The notes under the pieces are model-generated. The model ran no database searches. It saw only the letters and a list, made by a program, of their open reading frames with translations, and was not told where the DNA came from. Position numbers and translations under genes: made by a program. A DNA stretch of 40,000 nt, from the NCBI RefSeq assembly GCF_900128505.1, contig NZ_LT669940.1:603475-643474 (forward strand), given 5' to 3'. This document shows, piece by piece, positions 33,920 to 40,000 of this stretch (positions within the stretch are counted from its first letter, which is position 1; each line of letters begins with the position of its first letter). Source of the DNA: Parabacteroides timonensis. GTDB taxonomy: Bacteria; Bacteroidota; Bacteroidia; Bacteroidales; Tannerellaceae.

Positions 33920-36622
33920 ATGAAAAACATTATTATAGGAATATTTTTACTTCTGTCTGTTTCTCTGACCCAGGCGCAGACTCCAAATTATTATCGGAAT
34001 CCGGATAAAATATATCTGGATTCCAAGTCCGGACACAATGGCGATTTCTCCTGGCAAATGTATAAAGCCGATGAAATAAAAGATCCTGCGGAGAAAATTT
34101 CACGTCCCGGTTATCAGTCCGGAGAATGGATGCCGGCAATTGTTCCGGGTACGGTCTTGAACTCACTCGTTCATAACAAAGTTTATCCCGAGCCCTATTA
34201 TGGCTTGAATAATAAACTGGATAAGGATATTATCCCGGATCTGGCAAAGGTGGGGCGTGAATTTTATACCTATTGGTTTCGTACCGAATTTAATATACCG
34301 GAGAGTTATAAAGATAAAATAGTCTGGCTCCAGGTGGATGGAATCAATTATCGCGCAGAGATCTGGGTGAATGGTCAGTTGTTGAGTTGTATGTCGGGTA
34401 TGTTCAGACAAGACTATATCAACATAACGGACTATGCACAGGTCGGTAAGGCGAATGCTCTGGCTATTAAAGTGTATCCGGTGGATGTGCCGGGAACGAT
34501 TAAGCCTAAACGCTGGGGAGCTGTCGGTGAATTCCATAATGGAGGTGATGGTAATATCGGATTGAATACGACCATGCTGATGAGTGTCGGCTGGGACTTT
34601 ACGTTTAATGATGGTATCCGCGACCGTAATACCGGTATTTGGAAGAATATCAGTTTGTATGCCACAGACAAAGCCGTTCTACGAAATCCTTTCATCAAAT
34701 CGGATTTGGCCAAGCCCGGTTACGATTTATCCAGGCAGACTGTTAGTGTGGAAGTCACAAACCCGACTCAGCAGAAGGTTAAATGTCTTGTTAAAGGTGA
34801 AATTGTCGGTGAGAACATCTCTTTCAGTAAAGAGATTGAAATGTTCAGAGGGGAAAGGAAAGAAGTCACTTTTACTGCAGATGAATTTCCCCAGTTGATA
34901 ATTAAAAATCCACGTTTGTGGTGGCCTTTATTTAAAGGAAAACCTGAACTTTATGAATTGAAAATGACAGCTCTTGTAGACGGGAAGATATCTGATGAGG
35001 TTAAAACTCGTTTTGGTATCCGGGAAATCACATCCGACCAAAATACACCGGATCAATCACGTCAGTTCTATGTCAATGGAAAGAAAATTTTCATTCGTGG
35101 AACCAACTGGATACCGGAAGGTATGCTTCGTACGTCAGACGAACGCACGTATGCCGAGCTTCGTTATACCAAGCAATCGGGTATAAATCTGATCCGTATG
35201 TGGGGAGGTGGCATAGCCGAGTCCGATTACTTTTTTCAGTTGTGTGATGAAATGGGTTTTCTGGTCTGGCAGGAGTTCTGGATGACAGGAGATACGAAGC
35301 ACCCTCACGACGCAGATCTCTATCTTAGCAATGTTGAGGCGACCGTCAAGCGTCTGCGCAACCATCCGTCGTTGGCTTATTATGTTTCTTCGAATGAAAG
35401 TACCGAGATGCCGGGAGCCAAAGATTTGATTATGAAATTGGATGGAACCAGAGGATATCAGATGCAATCGGAATGTGACGGAGTGCACGATGGTAGCCCT
35501 TATAAACAGGTCAATCCAATGCAACATTATGAAAATACAGCCTCAGAACGTGGTAGTCGTGTCGACGGCTTCAATCCGGAATACGGTGCTCCGACAATTC
35601 CTACTGTTGAAACTTTGCGGGAAGTGATGGATGAGAAGGATTTATGGCCGATCAACAAAGAAGTATGGGATTATCATGATGGTGGTGGTTTCCATCTGAT
35701 GACGTCCATGTATACGGATCTGACAAATAACTATGGAACGTCTTCTTCCATTGAAGAGTTCGTAGCCAAAGGACAATTGGTAGGGGCAATGAATTCCAAA
35801 TCGATATGGGAAGTGTGGAACTATAACAAGTTTGATTATGGCGATCGTTATGCTTCCGGCCTGTTATTCTGGTATCATAATTGTCCGGTACGCCAGGTGT
35901 GTGCCCGTATGTGGGATTATTCCCTGGAACCGACAGCTTCGCTTTATCATACGCAAAATGCTTTGGCGCCGTTGCATCCCCAGTTTGATTATCTGAAAAA
36001 TACGGTTTCTGTATACAATGATTATTATCGTTCGTTTAAAGGGTATAAGGTAACGGCCGAGGTGTATGATATAAAAAGTAAGAAAGTCTGGGCGAAGAGC
36101 CAGGCGGTTGACTTACCGGAGGATGGTGTTGCCAATGACGTTTTTGTCATCGACTTTCCTGCAAATATTTCCCAGGTGCATTTCATAAAACTTTATTTGT
36201 ATGACGATAAGGGTAAATTGGTGTCGGATAATTTTTACTGGCGTTCCAATGATAAATATGAAGGTTCAAAAACGTTGACGGGGCCGACTTCTTCCGGTTT
36301 TGAGAGTCTGGCCGATTTGAAGGAAGTGGCACTTGAGGTAAAGTCCGGTGTCTCTAAAAAGGAGGATTGGCAGGTCATGGAACTGAGTATTCAAAATCCA
36401 TCTTCTTCAATCGCATTCTTCGTTCAGTTGCAATATATAGATCAAAACGGAAAACCGGTGAGACCTAGTTTCTACAGCGATAATTTCTTTTCTTTATTAC
36501 CGGGAGAGTCTAAAAAAATAGTTGTAGAAACAGCTTTAAAGAATCTTCCGGAGAAGGGACAGTTTATTGTGAAGGGATGGAATGTGAAATCTCAAGATGT
36601 CAAGGTCGTTTTTGCACGCTAA
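33920..36622 (+). CDS. Glycoside hydrolase family 2 protein of the endo-beta-mannosidase / exo-beta-glucosaminidase clade
   Basis: 900 aa with a signal peptide. The catalytic-barrel segment INLIRMWGGGIAESDYFFQLCDEMGFLVWQEFWMTGD closely resembles the plant endo-beta-mannosidase block (IRCWGGG...LLVWQEFWITGD, recalled from memory). N-terminal sugar-binding-domain-like WLQVDGINYRAEIWVNG. Confidence 0.8.
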   Translation: MKNIIIGIFLLLSVSLTQAQTPNYYRNPDKIYLDSKSGHNGDFSWQMYKADEIKDPAEKISRPGYQSGEWMPAIVPGTVLNSLVHNKVYPEPYYGLNNKLDKDIIPDLAKVGREFYTYWFRTEFNIPESYKDKIVWLQVDGINYRAEIWVNGQLLSCMSGMFRQDYINITDYAQVGKANALAIKVYPVDVPGTIKPKRWGAVGEFHNGGDGNIGLNTTMLMSVGWDFTFNDGIRDRNTGIWKNISLYATDKAVLRNPFIKSDLAKPGYDLSRQTVSVEVTNPTQQKVKCLVKGEIVGENISFSKEIEMFRGERKEVTFTADEFPQLIIKNPRLWWPLFKGKPELYELKMTALVDGKISDEVKTRFGIREITSDQNTPDQSRQFYVNGKKIFIRGTNWIPEGMLRTSDERTYAELRYTKQSGINLIRMWGGGIAESDYFFQLCDEMGFLVWQEFWMTGDTKHPHDADLYLSNVEATVKRLRNHPSLAYYVSSNESTEMPGAKDLIMKLDGTRGYQMQSECDGVHDGSPYKQVNPMQHYENTASERGSRVDGFNPEYGAPTIPTVETLREVMDEKDLWPINKEVWDYHDGGGFHLMTSMYTDLTNNYGTSSSIEEFVAKGQLVGAMNSKSIWEVWNYNKFDYGDRYASGLLFWYHNCPVRQVCARMWDYSLEPTASLYHTQNALAPLHPQFDYLKNTVSVYNDYYRSFKGYKVTAEVYDIKSKKVWAKSQAVDLPEDGVANDVFVIDFPANISQVHFIKLYLYDDKGKLVSDNFYWRSNDKYEGSKTLTGPTSSGFESLADLKEVALEVKSGVSKKEDWQVMELSIQNPSSSIAFFVQLQYIDQNGKPVRPSFYSDNFFSLLPGESKKIVVETALKNLPEKGQFIVKGWNVKSQDVKVVFAR

Positions 36623-36734
36623 CAGGGCGTGTTATGCCTATGCCCTTCACCTGTCACAATCAATATATGTTATTGTAAAACAGTTGGTTCCTGTGAAGGC
36701 CGACGTTTCACAAGGGTTATGTAGCTTTAACAAA

Positions 36735-36815
36735 GAAGTCCTGTCTTTTGAATATAAAAGTCCTGACCTTTAAAGACAAAAGTCCTGACTTTACATTTCA
36801 AAAGTCAGGACTTTT
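36735..36815. repeat. Three 22-bp-phased direct copies of the palindromic unit AAAGTC-CT-GACTTT plus one inverted copy; the last pair forms a 15-bp perfect hairpin
   Basis: AGTCCTG occurs at 36737, 36759 and 36781 (22-bp spacing). The inverted copy CAGGACT is at 36806-36812. AAAAGTCCTGACTTT (36778-36792) is the exact complement of AAAGTCAGGACTTTT (36801-36815), with an 8-nt loop. Confidence 0.9.
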
Positions 36816-36818
36816 CCA

Positions 36819-36855
36819 ACGGGTAGTTATCGAAGAAAAAGCGGTGACTACCCGT
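36819..36855. other. 9-bp hairpin ACGGGTAGT-N19-ACTACCCGT
   Basis: Arms at 36819-36827 and 36847-36855 are exact complements, followed by TTTGTCGTC. Possible plus-strand terminator for the GH2 gene. Confidence 0.4.
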
Positions 36856-37011
36856 TTGTCGTCGGGTACTTACCGGTTTCCGATGGGGTGGGTATTTGAT
36901 GCTGTCACAAGGACGTGTCACAGGAAAAAGCATATATACAGCTAGTTGCATGGTGTGACAGGTGAGACGTGTCCGGCGCGGACTCGGTGGGCAACGCGTG
37001 TATCTGTTTAT

Positions 37012-38136
37012 TTATTTGAACTTGATGTGTAAAACAACCAACTCTGATACCGTTCCGACGCGGTAAGGCGGACCGGCTACGCCGATACCCGATGATACAT
37101 AAAATTGGGTCGGGCCTTTTTTATGATATCCGTAAGGACATTCGTAAATAAGTTTCATCAGTAGTGGATAAGGCCATAACTGTCCGTTGTGGGTATGGCC
37201 ATGGAGCCCCAGATCTACACCATTCATTGTCATCTCGGCGAACGACCAGGGCTGATGATCCATTACGATAATCGGTTTGGTCGTATCGATATCGGCCATC
37301 AGGGTATGCAATGCATTACGTTTTTTATTGACATAATCGTCTCTGCCGATCAGATAGAAAGAAGAGTCGGGTTGCACTACCGAGTCGATCAGTAATGTTG
37401 CTCCCGTCTTTTTCAGCCAACGGTATTTGGCAAAACGGTTGGCGCGGTATTCATGGTTACCGTTAACCACATAAACACCTAGGGGGGCCTTTAGTTGTTG
37501 AAGGTCGTCTTCTATGCGTTCGTTTTCTGCAAACCGCGATTCGTAGTCCATGATATCTCCTACCAGGAGCACCATGTCCGGATGTTGTGCATTACTCATT
37601 GCCACATATCGTTGAACCATTTTTTTTCCTATCACTTCCCCGATATGCAGGTCACTCATCATCACGATGGTCAGGCTGTCGCGCTGGCTGGAACCTTTGG
37701 GTAGCGTAACATACACCTCTTTGACAATCGGATGGGCTACGGTCAGATAAGCTTTGATCATCAAACCGGTGACTCCGACGATAATGAGAAAGAATAAAGT
37801 CAGCTTTGTTTCTTTCCAGTGGTTGGTTATCCATTGGGGAAACCAGTGGAAGAAACGGTTTGACAACCGGATCACTTCCAGTGTCAGGAGCGAAAGTGTG
37901 ATGTATATGGAGGCAATATACCAACTGTTACAGATATATTGTATGGTGGTCATTATGTTATCCGGCAGCTCGTTGCGGAAAATAAAACCAAAGAAATAGA
38001 GAGCCAGTTCAAGAATGAAGAACAACGCATAAGGAATACGCCAGCTTTTCTTTGCCGGTATTGCCTGGTATCCCCGCCAGAAGATATAGGGATTCAGCAA
38101 CAATTGTGCTACAATTGATTGAATAAAGACTTTCAT
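37012..38136 (-). CDS. Membrane-anchored metallophosphoesterase (calcineurin-like, YkuE-type)
   Basis: About 4-5 N-terminal TM segments, then the phosphoesterase motifs MMSDLHIGE, LVGDIMD, VNGNHEY, VMDHQP, GLHGHTHNGQ. Confidence 0.88.
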   Translation of the reverse strand: MKVFIQSIVAQLLLNPYIFWRGYQAIPAKKSWRIPYALFFILELALYFFGFIFRNELPDNIMTTIQYICNSWYIASIYITLSLLTLEVIRLSNRFFHWFPQWITNHWKETKLTLFFLIIVGVTGLMIKAYLTVAHPIVKEVYVTLPKGSSQRDSLTIVMMSDLHIGEVIGKKMVQRYVAMSNAQHPDMVLLVGDIMDYESRFAENERIEDDLQQLKAPLGVYVVNGNHEYRANRFAKYRWLKKTGATLLIDSVVQPDSSFYLIGRDDYVNKKRNALHTLMADIDTTKPIIVMDHQPWSFAEMTMNGVDLGLHGHTHNGQLWPYPLLMKLIYECPYGYHKKGPTQFYVSSGIGVAGPPYRVGTVSELVVLHIKFK

Positions 38137-38148
38137 ACCTTGTTTCTC

Positions 38149-39240
38149 TTACTTGAACGTGATATTGAATACCACCATTTCACTGTTTGTCCCGATACGG
38201 AAAGGGGGACCCCATAACGATAATCCTGAAGATACATAAACATGGCTGTTACCCCACTGTTTGTATCCGTAGCTTTGTTCGAACAAATGGTCTGTCACCA
38301 GACTCATCGGCCAGATCTGTCCGCGGTGCGTATGTCCGCTGAATTGCAGGTCGATACCAGTCTTTGCTGTTTCCTGCAGGTCATACGGTTGATGATCTAA
38401 AAGGATAACAGGTTTGGAGGGATCAATGTTTTGTGCCAGTGCCTGAAGGGATAACCGGGAAGGGTTATGGCGGTCGTCACGGCCGGCCAGTTGAAGCCCG
38501 TTGGGAAGAGTAACAACCGTATCACGTAACAACCGGATGGGAGTAGACTGGATAAAGTCGACGCTTTTCTTTATTCCACTGATATATTCGTGGTTACCGG
38601 GTACCATGTAAATGCCTTGCGGCGCCTTCAGTTGCGATAACTCTTCCTGCATATTTTCAGCATAAAGAGGGGTGACACTGTTATCGATCAAGTCCCCTCC
38701 GATAAGAATCAGATCCGGCTGCTGGGCATTAATCATATTCACATATTTCTTCAACTGTGTCTTGTTTGTTCCATATCCCAGATGAACATCACTGATAGCG
38801 ACCACCTTCATTGCCTGTTGATTACTGTTGGCAGACTTGTTGATAACTATGTTGATAACTTCTGTATTAGGGTGTTGATAATGATAATACCCATAGCTTA
38901 ACAAGCAGAGTGTCAGTAGGAAAGATATGTAAAATCCATATTTAAAACTCCCGTTGAAAAGTTTGAATAGATCAAACGCTATCAACGAGAGTACCATATA
39001 CAATGTGAAAACAAGCCATCCCGTCCCGATCTCATGAATCGTATGAGCCAATACATCCGGATATTTAATATTCCTTGCCAGCATGCTGACAACAAATGAA
39101 AGCGCACAGCTCCAGAATAATACTGTCAGGAGCACCTTTACTCCGAAAGGCTGAGCAACAAGTGCCTGCGCTCCTCTGATAAATATATAGATATTTCCGG
39201 CAAAATAAGCGCAGAAGATGGCAATGAAAATTATAGGCAT
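38149..39240 (-). CDS. Membrane-anchored metallophosphoesterase, tandem paralog
   Basis: Same architecture and motifs (AISDVHLGY, IGGDLID, VPGNHEY, LLDHQP, QFSGHTHRGQ). Start set to ATG 39240 (MPIIFIAIF) because a TATCTTTG box lies inside the longer track ORF. Confidence 0.88.
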   Translation of the reverse strand: MPIIFIAIFCAYFAGNIYIFIRGAQALVAQPFGVKVLLTVLFWSCALSFVVSMLARNIKYPDVLAHTIHEIGTGWLVFTLYMVLSLIAFDLFKLFNGSFKYGFYISFLLTLCLLSYGYYHYQHPNTEVINIVINKSANSNQQAMKVVAISDVHLGYGTNKTQLKKYVNMINAQQPDLILIGGDLIDNSVTPLYAENMQEELSQLKAPQGIYMVPGNHEYISGIKKSVDFIQSTPIRLLRDTVVTLPNGLQLAGRDDRHNPSRLSLQALAQNIDPSKPVILLDHQPYDLQETAKTGIDLQFSGHTHRGQIWPMSLVTDHLFEQSYGYKQWGNSHVYVSSGLSLWGPPFRIGTNSEMVVFNITFK

Positions 39241-39256
39241 TTTGTCAAATTTTCGG

Positions 39257-39264
39257 CAAAGATA
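39257..39264 (-). promoter_or_regulatory. -7 box TATCTTTG (minus strand) for the metallophosphoesterase pair
   Basis: The plus strand reads CAAAGATA, 16 nt upstream of ATG 39240. Confidence 0.45.
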
Positions 39265-39284
39265 ATGCAAACCGAGAGCAGAAT

Positions 39285-39304
39285 AAAATGAACTTGTTCA
39301 TTTT
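39285..39304 (-). terminator. Short hairpin terminator after the nitroreductase-like gene
   Basis: AAAATGAA (39285-39292) pairs with TTCATTTT (39297-39304), loop CTTG. A/T-rich flanks. Confidence 0.4.
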
Positions 39305-39376
39305 TTATGCCAAGGTGCAGCTTCTCTTCGCTTTTTCAGCAAAGATAGCGAACGCGTATTGATTCTGCAAATGGTC

Positions 39377-40000
39377 TTATTTTGGATATCCTACCGGATT
39401 ATTCATCATTAACACCTGGCTGTCGGATAGCTTGAGTATCTTCTTCAGTGCGTTTTGATCCATCGATGCACGAGGTACAGTTGAAAGGCCTATGCCGGCA
39501 CAACAGAGGTTAATGTTCTGCGACACAATGCCTGCGTCCATCGCTGCCATTAACTTAGTCTGGTCGGAAACATTTCCGAAGCGCGACAGGTCGGATACGA
39601 GAACAAGGCAAAGCGGAGCATCCTTCACGAAATCCTGTCCTCCTCCAACAGCGGCGCGATGGTCGCCTTTAGCTATGGGATTCAATGCGTGTGCTTTTGC
39701 ATCATATAGATAAGCACCCTCTTTCATAATTACATAAACATCAATGTCCTGTTTATTCAGTGCCGAAGGAGCGGTACGTTTCCCGTCTGTACGGTTAATG
39801 CCGTTAGCAGCCCACAACAAGTCTGAAAGGTCTTGAATGTTTATATCCTTTGCTGCATATTCACGGTCGGAATGACGATCGGAAAATGCTTTCATAACAG
39901 CTGTTCCACGAGCTTTGTCGGGAGCATTGAGCTTGATAACTTTTAGTTCCTGTGCATTCATTGCGGTAATAAATAATAAAGCGGTTAAAATCAATGAAAT
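39377..40000 (-). CDS. SagB/nitroreductase-family flavoprotein with apparent signal peptide (5' end probably beyond the right edge)
   Basis: DRHSDREYAAKDINIQDLSDLLWAANGINRTDGKRTAPSALNKQDIDVYV matches the SagB-type nitroreductase pattern (RRS.R.F...L....L..LLWAA.G......R..PSA). The track start at 39994 is TTG and the frame stays open to 40000. The N-terminus ..ILTALLFITAMNAQE looks like a Sec signal. Confidence 0.75.
   Translation of the reverse strand: MSLILTALLFITAMNAQELKVIKLNAPDKARGTAVMKAFSDRHSDREYAAKDINIQDLSDLLWAANGINRTDGKRTAPSALNKQDIDVYVIMKEGAYLYDAKAHALNPIAKGDHRAAVGGGQDFVKDAPLCLVLVSDLSRFGNVSDQTKLMAAMDAGIVSQNINLCCAGIGLSTVPRASMDQNALKKILKLSDSQVLMMNNPVGYPK

Larger units (their letters stand above)
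36647..36965. repeat. 319-bp segment bounded by 12-bp inverted repeats TCACCTGTCACA / TGTGACAGGTGA
   Basis: 36647-36658 and 36954-36965 are exact reverse complements. Internal copies of TGTCACA lie at 36903 and 36916. GACGT(G/T)TC occurs at 36702, 36912 and 36966. Confidence 0.75.

Noticed and set aside
36748-36945. 65-aa plus-strand ORF in the GH2/metallophosphoesterase spacer
   Set aside because: It starts at a TTG inside the AAAGTCCTGAC repeat array and reads straight through hairpins and repeats. The region is better explained as non-coding structured or repeat DNA.

Overview
This 40-kb window looks like a Bacteroidota (Bacteroidales-like) chromosome. Support: SusC/SusD pairs, ECF-sigma/FecR/STN-SusC signalling trios, recurrent TAnnTTTG (-7) promoter boxes, no Shine-Dalgarno sequences, and outer-membrane proteins ending in Phe.

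Gene map, left to right:
(1) The end of a PUL on the minus strand: a Tat-exported Gfo/Idh/MocA oxidoreductase, an ECF sigma, a FecR anti-sigma, and a SusC with an STN domain. This SusC is missing from the ORF track because it runs off the left edge; I translated it by hand.
(2) Housekeeping trmB-apbC.
(3) An ~820-bp module holding an untracked 57-aa coiled-coil ORF and a DUF5053-like gene, bracketed by two 21-bp palindromes that share a 13-bp core.
(4) Two divergent envelope-protein plus LytS-type kinase/LytTR regulator operons. One of them carries an extra kinase paralog that has lost its H, N and G boxes.
(5) An esterase and a GH78 rhamnosidase.
(6) Three identical tandem tRNA-Asn(GTT) genes next to an array of 22-bp palindromic units.
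(7) A PfkB kinase and an S41 peptidase.
(8) A complete ECF/FecR/SusC/SusD/DUF3823/GH130/GH2 PUL.
(9) A repeat-dense 390-bp convergent spacer.
(10) Two tandem membrane metallophosphoesterases and a signal-peptide-bearing SagB-type nitroreductase that is cut by the right edge.

I found no CRISPR array, no cas genes, no integrase or transposase, and no recognisable defence or toxin genes.

The most unusual items, all read directly from the sequence:
- the pseudo-kinase/kinase/LytTR triad and its mirrored neighbour operon, with GTTTCG repeats in the shared control region;
- two unrelated intergenic arrays that share one architecture (palindromic half-sites, 2-bp spacer, 22-bp phasing);
- the palindrome-bracketed DUF5053 module;
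- an HU-N-terminus-only miniprotein that leads a TonB-receptor operon.

Family names come from motif recognition by eye. No database search or HMM was run.
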